Origin: Macrostomum lignano
Lineage: Eukaryota
Reading direction: 5' to 3'
Assembly (NCBI GenBank): GCA_002269645.1
Contig: NIVC01000131.1
Location: forward strand, 1 to 64,000
DNA length: 64,000 nt
Positions within the stretch are counted from its first letter, which is position 1; each line of letters begins with the position of its first letter. The translations under genes and the position numbers were made by a program. The notes beneath the pieces were generated by a model that was not told the origin of the DNA, ran no database searches, and saw nothing but the letters and a program-made list of their open reading frames with translations. Positions 1 through 13,974 of the stretch are shown piece by piece.

Positions 1-842
1 CAAACACTTCATGAAAATCTTCAGACAAGGAAAAATATGTTTAGACGTATCGCTTTAAAACAAATAGCCACTTTTCGGCTAAAACAGTATTCTTGAAATA
101 GCTTCCCCGGGTGTTGAGTTTTGGAAGGATCCAGCCCAGTGCGAGTGCCGCACAGCCATAGAAGAAGACTGTCGCAAATTTTTTTTGCGTCTATTTTGTT
201 GGATGGAATAAAAAGGACGGCAAACAGCTGGGCTGCGGACGGCAACTGCTGTTTGCACGCTTTTGCTTGCTTCTGCCGCCTTGGAATTCAAAAACTTTTA
301 GCACAACAACAGCAAGCAGCAGCAGCAGCAACAACAACTGCGGCGGGGGAACTGACCGTCCGAGTTTACCAGCAGTCACAATGCACCCCCCCCCCCCCCT
401 GCTTCGGCACTGAAATCGGAGGGAATTGGAAGTCAAGAGGAGCTCCCCAACAGCGGAGAGACAGATGGGGGACTGGGCGGGACTGGCGGCTTGTCATCGA
501 AACCGAGTGCTGTTTATGCCCCGGCGAATGCGGATTCCCGCCAAAGCCCGAATCCCCTGGGTTCGAGGGCCCACGAGCCGCGGCTCCTTAGAGTCCCTCT
601 CGACAAATCCTGACAAATCCGCCATCTAGAGACTGCAGAGAGAACGCCGGAGGGAGAGACGGAAACTAATTTGAAATCCCTGGGAAATGAGCCTGGGCGA
701 TTAACGGCCTCCCCACAGGCTTTGCTGAGCAGCGCGTGTCTCCTCTTGAGATCCCCAGCGGTCCGCGGTTCTCTCTCGCCATCCCCGCCTCTCGCATAAG
801 ATTCCCAGAAATTGCAGCATCCATCACAACTTTGCTTGTGAG

Positions 843-941
843 CTCTGCTCTGCTCTGCTCTGCTCTGCTCTGCTCTGCTCTGCTCTGGCTCTGCTCTGCT
901 CTGCTCTGGCTCTGCTGTCTGCTCTGCTCTGCTCTGCTCTG
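843..941. repeat. (CTCTG)n pentanucleotide microsatellite
   Basis: Direct reading of ctctgctctg... repeats; explains the SALLC/AEQSR ORFs. Confidence 0.95.
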
Positions 942-1506
942 CAATTTAAAGATCCCAAAACTCTCAGTATAGCTAGTTGACAAAACTTTTCGAAGCAGGC
1001 TTCTTCAAGAGCGATAACTTCCGAGTCACTGAAAAGCTACCCAGGGAACAAAATTAGCAGTATTTGACAGCACTCGCTTAAGCCTTATTATGCCGATAAG
1101 CTTTTTGTTTTTGGTTTCAGACAGCGACACGGTTTGCGCTGTCAGATTTTCTTTGCAAGCAGAAGACATCGCAGTTGTCGCAAGCAAAAGCTGGCTGTGG
1201 GTATAGCGGCTCCCCAACCAGTTTGAAGTGCAGTCCGTAACCGGGGCTTTGGAAGACGAGGATAGAAGCGAAGATTCAACTGCGGTAGAGGAATGCCAGC
1301 CGCGGGGCCGGCGCGTGTGAAGGGCAAAAACAGTGCGGGCTGGACTTGCGAAAAATCTGGCGATAAAACGGCACGTTTTGGGACACGGGGCGGCGGCTGA
1401 CAAGGTCGAGTTTTTGCCCAATTAATTTCCCCAGTTTAAAAAGCATACAGAGATTAATTCTACTTATTGCCTGCGCGTAAGCCTGGGTTTGTGGCAAAAC
1501 TATTTT

Positions 1507-2580
1507 TGTCACTGGCCTTTGCGTGTGTCTGCCCACTGTCACTGACCTCTGTGTGTGTCTGCCTGCTGTCACTGACCTCTGTGTGTGTCTGCCTGCTGTC
1601 ACTGGCCTCTGTGTGTGTCTGCCCCCTGTCACTGACCTCTGTGTGTATCTGCCTGCTGTCACTGACCTCTGTGTGTGTCTGCCTGCTGTCACTGGCCTCT
1701 GCGTGTGTCTGCCCCCTGTCACTGGCCTCTGCGTGTGTCTGCCTGCTGTCACTGATCTCTGTGTGTGTGTCTGCCTGCTGTCACTGACCTCTGCGTGTGT
1801 CTCCTTCCTGTCACTGACCTCTTTGTGTGTCTGCCTGCTGTCACTGGCCTCTGTGTGTGTGTCTGCCTGCTGTCACTGGCCTCTGCGTGTGTCTGCCTGC
1901 TGTCACTGGCCTCTGCGTGTGTCTGCCTGCTGTCACTGACCTCTGTGTGTGTCTGCCTGCTGTCACTGGCCTCTGTCTGTGTGTCTGCCTGCTGTCACTG
2001 GCCTTTGCGTGTGTCTGCCTGCTGTCACTGACCTCTGTGTGTGTGTCTGCCTGCTGTCACTGGCCTCTGCGTGTGTCTGCCCCCTGTCACTGACCTCTGC
2101 GTGTGTCTGCCTGCTGTCACTGATCTCTGTGTGTGTGTCTGCCTGCTGTCACTGACCTCTGCGTGTGTCTCCTTCCTGTCACTGACCTCTTGTGTGTCTG
2201 CCTGCTGTCACTGGCCTCTGCGTGTGTCTGCCTGCTGTCACTAACCTCTGTGTGTGTGTCTGCCTGCTGTCACTGGCCTCTGCGTGTGTCTGCCCTTGTC
2301 ACTGACCTCTGCGTGTGTCTGCCTGCTGTCACTGACCTCTGTGTGTGTGTCTGCCTGCTGTCACTGACCTCTGCGTGTGTCTCCTTCCTGTCACTGACCT
2401 CTTTGTGTGTCTGCCTGCTGTCACTGGTCTCTGTGTGTGTCTGCCCCCTGTCAGTGACGTCTTTGTGTGTCTGGCCCTCTGTCACTGACCTCTGTGTGTC
2501 TGCCCTCTGTCACTGACCTCTGTGTGTGTCTGCCCTCTGTCACTGACCTCTGTGTGTGTCTGCCTGCTGTCACTGATCTC
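1507..2580. repeat. Minisatellite, ~31-35 bp unit (GTCACTGACCTCTGTGTGTGTCTGCCTGCT)
   Basis: About 30 tandem copies whose (GT)n core varies in length. Confidence 0.95.
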
Positions 2581-4093
2581 AGTTAATGTGCGTATGTCCC
2601 TTGTCACCCGCCTCTCAATATTTGTTTCAAATGTCAAGCAATGTCACTTATTTGTTTATAATCTTAGAAATTTTCCTGTCTGTCTTGAAATGCCTGCCTT
2701 GGCGGCACCAGAGAAGCAGGCTAGCTCACTAATAATCTTCTGCCTGCCATGGCTAACAAGATGCTTTGGACGCGACTTAGTCGCTTTCAAAGGAGCCACA
2801 GGCTCTTTGCAGCTTCGAGTTGAAAATAATTAGACAGGCGAGTTTTGCTAAGACACGGAGCCGTTCAGAGGCGGGACGCAGGAGATGGAGAAAGCAGACA
2901 AAGGCCCCTCGGCCGGTCTTCGTGCCTCAAATCTCTAATCAGCAGCCTCTTTCGCAAACTGTGAGATCTCACTCTGTGTCTCCATCCGACTTGGTGTGAG
3001 ACCCCCTCATTAGCAGGTGGCTTCACTTTCGACGAGCTCAATGCGTGACGTCATCGAAGCCTCTCGTCCTTTGGGTGGATGAGAAGAAGCTTGCTGAGCA
3101 GAAAGTATGCAATGAAAACGAAGCATGCATGGCAGAATTATGATGGAAGCGCGCAGTGACAAACTTCTTCAGGGTTTTGGATGCTCCCCCCTCTGCTTCT
3201 GCTTTTCTCTGTCTTAATCCGGGGGATTATCCGCTGCTCACAGGCCCCGTATAGCCCGGGTCCTTATATCGGAGCTCATCTCCGCCCCGCTTGTGCTCCG
3301 AACGATAGAAATAGAAAATGAGCAAGAGCTGCGCTCGTTTGATGCGGAGTTACTGCCCGGCAGACTGCCCAGGCTCTCCATATTCTACTCATTCCCGAGT
3401 GCCGCACTGATGGCCGGCTGCCATCGGCAGGCAGTTTTTTTCTCAGTCAGAAATCTGCGCCCCTTCATCTTCTGCCCATCAGCTGCCCATTCACTGGCTG
3501 GCTTGGACTTTCTATCGCTATCCCACATATATCCCCTTAGTCCTTCGTTTTGTCTAACGAATTCCAGGGCAAAATCAGCCTAGGACCAGGGGAAGGCAGA
3601 TATAGGGGAGATGGCGGAGAGAGACTGCCGCCCGACACTATATGCCGCTATAGTAAGTGTTGACGCAAAGCAGCAGCACCCAGCCTCTGCTCCGCATCTC
3701 TCCCTCTCTCTGCCCGCTGATTGACAGAGCCACCCCCCCCCCCCTCCCTAGGCCCTTTTGACCAGCCTCCCGCTTCATCTCCTCTCTCGTGCCTTTGCCG
3801 TCTCCTTTTTCCACTGATTTCTTTCCCATGGGGGCCTCGTGCGGCTCCTGTGGGGCTGAGGGATAATGCAAAAGAAGTGGGGCAGGAGCGCCAAGTTGGA
3901 GTGCCGAAATTGCTTTTTCTCTCTGCCTTCTGAGGGCGGGTCCGAAATCCCTCCCAGCTCTCTTTGGCCTCTGCTTGACTTTCCAATCCATATCTGTCTG
4001 CCCCTGATGTGACCTTCCCGACTTCTTCAGTAGACTGGCAGTTTTTGGTCTGTCTGGCCGGAACCTGGGAGGCCTTTTTAAAAATAAATAGAG

Positions 4094-4267
<174 letters not shown>

Positions 4268-5075
4268 GCAGCCCCTAATTATTCAACTCCCAAAGCCGTT
4301 GACATTAGTTCCCTCATCTTCACAGTGAAAGATGATTATTGCGGGACAACATTTCCTTTTCTTAAATCCGAGAAAACCACACCCAGAAGGAAACGAATCA
4401 AGAGTCAGACTGAGCTTCCTTTCAATTCAGGTACTGAGCCCAGACTTCATTTAGCTACTTGAGTTCTACACAACCAGCCACGCGGCACTCAGGGTCTCCC
4501 GACAGCACTCAATAAGAGAAAATTACAAAAAATGAAGAAAAAAATACAGGGACGAGGAGGCAGGGCAAGCTATTTTAAATTATACGACATCAGGCCAAAT
4601 CCCCGTGTAAGGAAAAAACTCATTCGCCACGTCTGAGCGACCATGCAGGCTCAGCTTCATACAGCTCAGAAGCGCCGGCCTTTGTGGCGCTGAGGGACAT
4701 TGTGTGTGTGTCAGTCCTGCAGCGGGGCCGCTTCCTCTGTTAGCTCTCACTTCCCCAGCGCCCTGCCATTATCCCCCAGAGACCCGGGAAGGGGGGGGGC
4801 GAAGCTACAGCCGGTCTCTGGGAGAAGTCGAGAAGGAATAGGAAGAGGTGTGAGTAAAGATCCTGCGCATTTTACGAGCTGATGCGCAGATGAGGTTGAG
4901 CAAGGTACAATGCAGCTAAGTAGACGGTACAAACACGCAGGGGATACGGGAGGGTCTGGCGGGAAGGGATGCTTTCAAGAGTTGAATGAGCTGGGAAGCA
5001 TGGCAAACTTCTGACTTATTCACGCTTTAAGAATTGCTGAATCTCAGTGCTGCAGCTGAAAGTGGGACCCCTATT

Positions 5076-5757
5076 CACACAAACCCCTTAGGGGAACACA
5101 AACTCTAAGCTTCACACAAATCCTAGAAGCTTCACACAAACCCAAAGCTTCACACAAAATCTCATCTTCACACAAACCCTAAACTTCACAAAAACCCTAG
5201 AAGCTTCACGCAAACCCTAGAAGCTCCACACAAACCCTAGAAGCTTCACACAGACCCTAAGCTCCACACAAACCATAAGCTTCACACAAACCCTAAAAGC
5301 TTCACACAAACCCTAAAAGCTTCACACAAATCCTAGAAGCTTTACACAGACCCTAGGCTCCACACAAACCATAAGCTTCACACAAACCCTAAAAGCTTCA
5401 CAAAAATTTTAGAAGCTTCACACAAGGCCAAAGCTTCACACAAACCCTAAAAGCTTCACACAAACCCAAAGCTTCAAACAAACCCTAAAAACTTCACACA
5501 AACCCTAGAAGCTCCACACAAACCCTAGAAGCTTCACACAAACCCTAAAAGCTCCACACAAACCCTAGAAGCTTCACACAGACCCTAAGCTCCACACAAA
5601 CCATAAGCTTCACACAAACCATAAGCTTCACACAAATTCTAGAAGCTTCACACAAACCCTAAAAGATTCACGCAAACCCTAAAAGCTTTACACAAAACCA
5701 AAGCTTCACAAAAACCCTAGAAGCTTCACACAAACCCTAAGCTTCACACAAACCCTG
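5076..5757. repeat. Minisatellite, ~19-22 bp unit (AAGCTTCACACAAACCCTA[A/AA/G])
   Basis: Tandem copies with HindIII-site core; many units carry CCCTAA. Confidence 0.93.
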
Positions 5758-6151
5758 CTTTCATCGAATAGTACTGTGAATTTCAAGCAGCGAGGATAAA
5801 TTTAAGTGACAACTAACCTAAGCACCATCACTACTAAAAGTAGTGCAGCAGAAAATTTTTAAATAAAATGTTTTGCAAGGAAAATGTAACTAAGTTTTAT
5901 TATTATTAGATGTCTGAAGTCCTCGTAATAAAACATTACTGACTTACGTTTTGTTATATATTTACTTAGGATAAATATAAAATTATCCATAATATTCGAC
6001 TAACGCGTGGAAGCGGTCAAAATTATCTGATATCAGCTAATTAATTATTTATTTGGAATCGGAATCCCATCAATTTAGCTAAGCGGATTCCCCATTTAGA
6101 AGGATTCGATACCGCGTTCAAGGCTACGTTCAAGGCAAAACCGCCCACAAG

Positions 6152-6335
6152 GTACAGAGAGAGTAGACAGAGAGCGTACACAGAGAGCGTACACAGAGAG
6201 CGTACACAGACAGCGTACACAGAGAGCGTACACAGAGAGCGTACACAGAGAGCGTACACAGACAGCGTACACAGACAGCGTACACAGACAGCGTACACAA
6301 ACAGCGTACACAGACAGCGTACACAGAGAGCGTAC
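6152..6335. repeat. 14-bp tandem repeat (AGCGTACACAGAGA/CA)
   Basis: About 13 tandem copies. Confidence 0.93.
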
Positions 6336-6377
6336 AAGAGAGTGACGTCTCTATGACGTCATGCGAATGCTGGGTTA

Positions 6378-6520
6378 CCCTCTCAGATCCTCAGCTGCTG
6401 GGCCAGCCTCCCAGATCCTCAGTTTCTAGGCCAGCCTCCCAGATCCTCAGTTTCTGGCCAGCCTCCCAGATCCTCAGTTGCTGGGGCCAGCCTCTCCCAG
6501 ATCCTCAAACTGGATCAGCC
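6378..6520. repeat. Short degenerate tandem repeat (CAGCCTCCCAGATCCTCAG core)
   Basis: About 5 imperfect copies. Confidence 0.7.
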
Positions 6521-6885
6521 TCCCGCATGCCTGATGATCAGAAAGTCAGGACCGCTGTACACCCTGTGTGAGCGTGTATCTGCGTTCTGCAGTATCCGTA
6601 TCCGTATGCTAAATATCCGCAGTGCTCAAAGTTACATGTAAGCAGCTAACTATAACTGGTGACTACTTAGACAGCTGCTGCAAGAGTGCACCAACTTTAC
6701 CCGGGCTCAGGGAAGAGAAGGACGGAGAGCCAAAATCGAGACGAGGGGAAACCGGAATGAACTGTCTGGCTTTCTTCACCAGAAGGGAGGATGTTGGATA
6801 ACTTATCTGTCGAGATTTTCCAGCTGGCGTTTTCGGGGTTTTGTACCTAAGAACAGTCAGATGTTTTCCCTAGAATTGGAGCTTT

Positions 6886-7340
6886 TCTAGGGAAGGGGAG
6901 GGAGAGGGACCAGTGGGAGATGGGAGAGATGGATAAGGGAGAGAAGGATAAGGGAGAGAGGGAGAGGGGAGAAAGGGAGACGGGACGGAGGGAGAGGGGA
7001 GAGAGAGGCAGAGGGAGAGGAGAAGGGAGAAGGGGGAAGAGGAGAAGGGAGCCAGGGAGAGGGGACGGAGGGAGAGAGGGAGAGGGGAGAGGGAGAGGGG
7101 AGAGGGAGAGGGGGAGCGGGAGAGGGGGAGCGGGAGAGGGGAGAGGAAGAGGGGGAGAGGGAGAGGGGAGAGAGGGGGGAAAGAGAGAAGGGGAGAGGGG
7201 AGCCAGGGAGAGGGGACAGAGGGAGAGAGGGAGAGGGGGAGGGAGAGGGGAGAGAGAGGCGGGGAGGGAGACTGGAGAGAGAGACAGGGAGCGAGGGAAA
7301 GGGCACGGAGGGAGAGAGGGAGAGGGAGAAAGGTGTAGTG
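6886..7340. repeat. Polypurine (G/A-rich) low-complexity tract
   Basis: Almost exclusively G and A over ~450 bp. Confidence 0.92.
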
Positions 7341-7656
7341 ACGAGGGGAGAATGAGAAATGATGGGGTCCAGATTGGCAGAAGAAATTAGAGAAGAGAAA
7401 TATTAAGAAACGCACGCAGAAAAATGCAAATGTGCCCGAATGTCTCATCAGTAGATAATGTCCTTATATTCAATTTGATTAGCTCGAACACTCCAAGGGG
7501 CGCAGGTTTCAAAGGCGATGCGCGCAAAGGCCGTGCGACATCCTGAGAATTTTAATGAGCTCCAAGTCTAACGCTAAGCGAGTTTCTCTTAATTTTTTTT
7601 TGCTTTTTTAGACAACAATCATTATAGTGCTCTCTCAGAGAAGGAAATCAAACCTG

Positions 7657-7905
7657 GTTGGGGTGTTAGAGTGGGGTGTTAGAGTGGGGTGTTAGAGTGG
7701 GGTGTTAGAGTGGGGTGTTAGAGTGTGGTTTTAGAGTGGGGTGTTAGAGTGGGGTGTTAGAGTGTGGTTTTAGAGTGGGGTGTTAGAGTGGGGTGTTAGA
7801 GTGTGGTTTTAGAGTGGGGTGTTAGAGTGGGGTGTTAGAGTGTGGTTTTAGAGTGGGGCGTTAGAGTGGGGTGTTAGAGTGGGGTGTTAGAGGGGTGTTC
7901 AGTTA
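7657..7905. repeat. ~14-bp G-rich tandem repeat (GGGGTGTTAGAGT)
   Basis: About 17 copies, with a GTGGTTTTAGAGT variant. Confidence 0.93.
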
Positions 7906-8407
7906 GGGTGTTCAGACTGATTCCGTGTTCTAGTTTACCAGGTCAGATCACGGGCATCTCAGTGGTGCTGAATATACGCACACTGACACCTCAAAATAAA
8001 AGATTGATAAATTTACACAGCTAATTTCGAACTGAAGTAATTTGCTGCATCACCTGTATTGTTGGCTTTAATCCCAAGGCCAGAGAGATAGATCTAAATT
8101 CTATTATATAAAAAATGGAATCAGAATTTTCTGCTTTAAGTCAAAGAAACTCGTCCAGGCGCAGGGACACTTTTTAGTTGCTGGGGGGCGCTCGTCTGAG
8201 GGGGGAGAGGCCGGGAGATCAAAGGGAAATTGGAGGCGGTTGACGGGAGGAATCTGTTTCGGGAGATGCAATTACCAGTTGGGAATTTCTTGCCTGCGGC
8301 AGGGAAGTGAAATATCAGCTTTCTAGCGCTGATGAACTCTTCCTGCTAATGGCTTTGAAATTTTCTTTAGCCCTCCTCGGAAACTGCTGAGCCAGCGAGC
8401 ACTTGGC

Positions 8408-9345
8408 GATGGGATTCACACAATGAGATCACCCACCATGGGATTCACACAATGAGATCACCCACCATGGGATTCACACAATGAGATCACCCACCATGGG
8501 ATTCACACAATGAGATCACCCACCATGGGATTCACACAATGAGATCACCCACCATGGGATTCACACATCATGAGATCACCCACCATGGGATTCACACATC
8601 ATGAGATCACCCACCATGGGATTCACACAATGAGATCGCCCACCATGGGATTCACACAATTAGATCACCCACTATTTGATTCACACAATGAAACTCACAC
8701 ACCATGATATTCACACATCATGAGATCACACACCATGGGATTCACACCATGAAATCACATACCAGGAGCTAACACACAATGAGATTCACGCACCATGAGA
8801 TTCACACTCATGAGATTCACGCACCATGAGATTCACACTCATGAGATTCACACTCATGAGATTCACACTCATGAGATTCACACTCATGAGATTCACACTC
8901 ATGAGATTCACACTCATGAGATTCACACTCATGAGATTCACACTCATGAGATTCACACTCATGAGATTCACACTCATGAGATTCACACTCATGAGATCAC
9001 ACTCATGAGATTCACACTCATGAGATCACACTCATGAGATTCACATACCAGGAGAGCTAACACACAACGAGATTCACACACTGCCAGTTTGACACAGCAT
9101 GAGATTCACACACTGCCGGTTTGACACAGCATGAGATTTACGCACCATGAGATTCACACTCAAGAGATTCACACTCAAGAGATTCACACTCATGAGATTC
9201 ACAATCCATGGTATTCACACTCATGAGATTCACAATCCATGGTATTCACACTCATGAGATTCACAATCCATGGTATTCACACTCATGAGATTCACAATCC
9301 ATGGTATTCACACTCATGAGACTCAAGCACCATGAGATTCACTCG
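8408..9345. repeat. Compound minisatellite (29-bp ATGGGATTCACACAATGAGATCACCCACC grading into 15-bp ATGAGATTCACACTC)
   Basis: Direct tandem copies; the related sub-arrays share an ATGAGATTCACAC core. Confidence 0.93.
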
Positions 9346-9809
9346 GTTTCACTCGAATTCTTCAGACTGGCACCCACAGGCTGAGACGAGCACAAAAGAA
9401 TTCGCGGAGGCTGCATCCCTAATCACCGCTGGATGAAGAACTTAAGAAACAGGCCCAACCCCGAAATCGCTACCCCCTGAAGATTCTGCATAATTATAGA
9501 ACTCCCTGAGTCCTTAGCTCATTTTCCTTCTTCCCCAAATGGGATGAGGATTTTCCCAACTCGAGCGACCAGAAAGCTGGGGGGAATAGCAGTCGCTATA
9601 TGGGCCCGCGTCACTTGAGCTGGTTGATAAATTCGAAGAAATAGGAGCTCATATAACTTCGCTTTCAGTGTACTTTTGTTTGTTTAGCGATGCGAACATT
9701 CAGCTGCTGAGGAGTGGCTCGATGGGAGTAATGAAAATATCTGGTTGATTATACCGATTACTGAGACGATAAAAATATTTTTTTAAAATCTGTTTTCTAT
9801 TGGAGGTTG

Positions 9810-10238
9810 CTAACCGGAAGTACATGTACTTTAATTGGAAGGTTGATAAACCGGAAGTATTTTTACTAGAAGATTTCCAGGTTATCAACCGGAAGTATTT
9901 TAACCTGAAACGTTGCTAACTGGGATGGAAGTATTTAAATGAAGGTTGCCAACTGGAAGTTGATTTAAAGAGAAATTTGCCAACCGGAAGTTGATTTAAA
10001 GAGAAAGTTGCCAACCGGAAGTTGATTTAAAGAGAAAGTTGCCAACCGGAAGTTGATTTAAAGAGAAAGTTGCCAACCGGAAGTTGATTTAAAGAGAAAG
10101 TTGCCAACCGGAAGTTGATTTAAAGAGAAAGTTGCCAACCGGAAGTTGATTAAAAGGGAAGGTTGCCAACCGGAAGTTGATTTAAAGAGAAAGTTGCCAA
10201 CCGGAAGTTGATTTAAAGAGAAAGTTGTCAACCGGAAG
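9810..10238. repeat. 31-bp tandem repeat (GCCAACCGGAAGTTGATTTAAAGAGAAAGTT)
   Basis: Homogeneous copies at ~9950-10238; degenerate copies to the left keep only AACCGGAAGT. Confidence 0.9.
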
Positions 10239-10976
10239 CTTGCCTTTTGGAAGTTTATTAACTAAATGGTTGTTTAATAGAAGCTTCATATTTATTAGCT
10301 GCAAATCCGATGCAAAAAACAATATTCGACTTGGAGATCTACTTACGCCTACTTCACTAGAATAGTGGAACTAGAATATCAACTGTTTTCGTGTCGCCAA
10401 AGACAGTCCAAATAAGCAATTAAGGATTGTTTCTTCAATTTTCGTGACGCCCCCCCCCTCTTCAATCTTTTCTCCGCAGAGAGGCGGTGACAGCCGCTGT
10501 CTTGATCGACTTTCATTTAACCAGCTCTGTGCCCAACCAGGTAGACCAGGAGTCCAGGTAGCAGGTGGACTCGCACCTGCTCGGGAAATTGCGTGGCGGC
10601 AGGAGAAAAGGAGAATGAAACGCGTTGATGAAGCTCAGCGAAGCGCGATACTAGCGAGTTTGCTGCTAGGAGAAAATAACTAAAAGACGGCAGGCAAGAG
10701 GAAATGTTGTTCCCGGAGTTTCAGCTTTCAGACTCTGCTTTTGTTGCCTCTGAATGTCGTAGTTCTTTGTTAAGACTTTGCGCTTTGAGTTCTTCTTAAC
10801 CTCTTCCCTCCCGAATCGTGCTGCAGGAAAAACCCGCGTCTCTTTGTCCAGCATCACTGGCGTCATCTTTCTTTATTTGCATGTCAAAGAGCGCTGGGCA
10901 TTTAGCAATATGCAGCAAGAACCACACAACAACAACTGCACGAAATCTGCTGGATTCGCATGCAGAATCAAATTTG

Positions 10977-13037
10977 AAACCTCGAGAAACCCACCCAATC
11001 ACCTCGAGAAGCCCACACTATCACCTCGAGAAACCCACACCATCACCTCGAGAAACCCACACAATCACCTCGAGAAGCCCACACAATCACCTCGAGAAGC
11101 CCACACTATCACCTCGAGAAACCCACACCATCACCTCGAGAAACCCACACAATCACCTCGAGAAACCCACACAATCACCTCGAGAAACCCACACCATCAC
11201 CTCGAGAAACCCACCCGATCACCTCGAGAAACCCATCCAATCACCTCGAGAAACCCACATCATCACCTCAAAAAACCCACACTATCGTGCCAATAAACCC
11301 ACACTATCACTCAGAAAAACTCACACTATCGCGCCAATAAACCCACACTATTACTCAGAGAAAACCACACTATCACTCATAGAAACCCACACCATCACCT
11401 CCACATTACACCCACACCATCACTCATAGAAACCCAAACCCACACTATCGTGCCAATAAACCCACACTATCACTCAGAAAAACTCACACTATCACTCATA
11501 GAAACCCACACCATCACTCAGAGAAACCCACACTATCACTCAGAGAAAACCACACTATCACTCAGAGAAACCCACACCATCACTAAGAGAAAACCACACT
11601 ATCACTCAGAGAAACCCACACCATCACTCAGAGAAAACCACACTATCACTAAGAGAAAACCACACTATCACTCAGAGAAAACCACACTATCACTCAGAAA
11701 AACCCACACCATCACTCAGAGAAAACCACACTATCACTCAGAGAAAACCACACTATCACTCAGAGAAACCCACACCATCACTCAGAGAAAACCACACTAT
11801 CACTCAGAGAAACCCACACTATCACTCAGAGAAAACCACACTATCACTCAGAGAAACCCACACTATCACTCAGAGAAAACCACACTATCACTCAGAGAAA
11901 ACCACACTATCACTCAGAGAAACCCACACTATCACTCAGAAAAACCCACACTATCACTCAGAAAAACCCACACTATCACTCAGAAAAACCGACACTATCA
12001 CTCAGAAAAACCCACACTATCACTCAGAAAAACCCACACTATCACTCAGAGAAAACCACACTATCACTCAGAGAAAACCACACTATCACTCAGAGAAACC
12101 CACACCATCACTCAGAGAAAACCACACTATCACTCAGAGAAAACCACACTATCACTCAGAGAAAACCACACTATCACTCAGAGAAACCCACACTATCACT
12201 CAGAGAAACCCACACTATCACTCAGAGAAACCCACACTATCACTCAGAGAAACCCACACTATCACTCAGAGAAACCCACACCATCACTCAGAGAAACCCA
12301 CACTATCACTCAGAAAAACCCACACTATCACTCAGAAAAACCCACACTATCACTCAGAAAAACCCACACTATCACTCAGAGAAACCCACACTATCACTCA
12401 GAGAAACCCACACTATCACTCAGAGAAACCCACACTATCACTCAGAGAAACCCACACTATCACTCAGAAAAACCCACACTATCACTCAGAGAAACCCACA
12501 CTATCACTCAGAGAAACCCACACTATCACTCAGAGAAACCCACACCATCACTCAGAGAAACCCACACTATCACTCAGAAAAACCCACACTATCACTCAGA
12601 GAAACCCACACTATCACTCAGAGAAACCCACACTATCACTCAGAAAAACCCACACTATCACTCAGAGAAACCCACACTATCACTCAGAGAAACCCACACT
12701 ATCACTCAGAGAAACCCACACCATCACTCAGAGAAACCCACACTATCACTCAGAGAAAACCACACTATCACTCAGAGAAACCCACACTATCACTCAGAGA
12801 AACCCACACTATCACTCAGAGAAACCCACACTATCACTCAGAGAAACCCACACTATCACTCAGAGAAACCCACACCATCACTCAGAGAAACCCACACTAT
12901 CACTCAGAAAAACCCACACTATCACTCAGAAAAACCCACACTATCACTCAGAAAAACCCACACTATCACTCAGAAAAACCCACACTATCACTCAGAGAAA
13001 CCCACACTATCACTCAGAAAAACCCACACTATCACCT
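10977..13037. repeat. 22-bp satellite (CACTATCACTCAGAGAAACCCA) preceded by a CTCGAG-containing variant
   Basis: About 90 tandem copies; source of the 576-aa repetitive ORF. Confidence 0.96.
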
Positions 13038-13974
13038 ATCAATTGCAGGGAGTTACAAAAATCTCCCGACCGACTCTTTCGCAGCAGAAGACACGATTAC
13101 GGAAAACTGGCAAAAATTGCATGCAAGCAAGCGTCCCTGGCTGGGCTATAACTCATCAGTCAGCTGATCCCGTCTCGTAGCCTAGAACGTTAGTCCATAA
13201 GCTACGGCAGCCCCGGCTACTCGGCCTGGGGACCGGCACTCTCCCCTCCATCCGATTAGGTCAACCGAGCTATATTTATTTAGCCGCAGCAGCCTTGATG
13301 CAGCGCGTCCATCAGTTTCCTGACACAAACAAAGCCTTTTATCAACGTCATTTTGCAGATTGAAACAGAAATTCGTGCCCGCTTTCATCTGGAAAGAGAG
13401 AGCTAGAGGGGGGAACAGAGAAAGCCTGCATCTCACTCATCCTCGAGACTGGCCCGTTCAGAGAGTACAGTAGGCAAAGGCGCGTGATGATGCAGATTTT
13501 ATTCGCCAATTTATTTGATTTTGATGCCACAATAATATAACAAATAATATACAAGCGGTCTCTCTACTACTAGTTACGAATTATTTTCCTTTACAATCAT
13601 TTGGCATCGGACGCTGCTCAGAAATCAATTATCGATCACGAAGCAGAGTTGGTGAACAGATGGAGCTTCTGAATCTGATTTCTTAGAAATATTTGGCATG
13701 CACACGAGCTCATAGATTTCATCCGATACGACATCCGGAGAAGACACGCAAGGACTCAGCTCTGCTCGGCAGACAAAACTGAAAGAACAACAATCCAGTC
13801 TAAGTCTGATTTAGAGGCCCGCTAGCGTCGAAATCCTTAAATCAGCTGGTTGTGTAAGAGCGTAAATCACATTTTCCCCATTGGTTTCGCCTACTGAGGA
13901 TTTCTCTCGATTTCTCGCGTCTCCATCTCCCTTCGTGTCTCTCTTAGGTTGGGGGTAGCCAGACAAGAGGGCGC

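Noticed and set aside
121-591. 156-aa ORF with a Q/A/T run
   Set aside because: Low complexity, no domain, no codon-bias support.
1121-1200. Candidate micro-exons at 1121-1200, 10480-10540 and 13055-13160, with faint mutual similarity between the first and last
   Set aside because: Splice-like flanks, but no recognisable protein and no consistent frame; cannot be supported without RNA data.
11450-13180. 576-aa His/Thr-rich repetitive ORF
   Set aside because: Product of the 22-bp satellite cycling through frames; no splice or start context.
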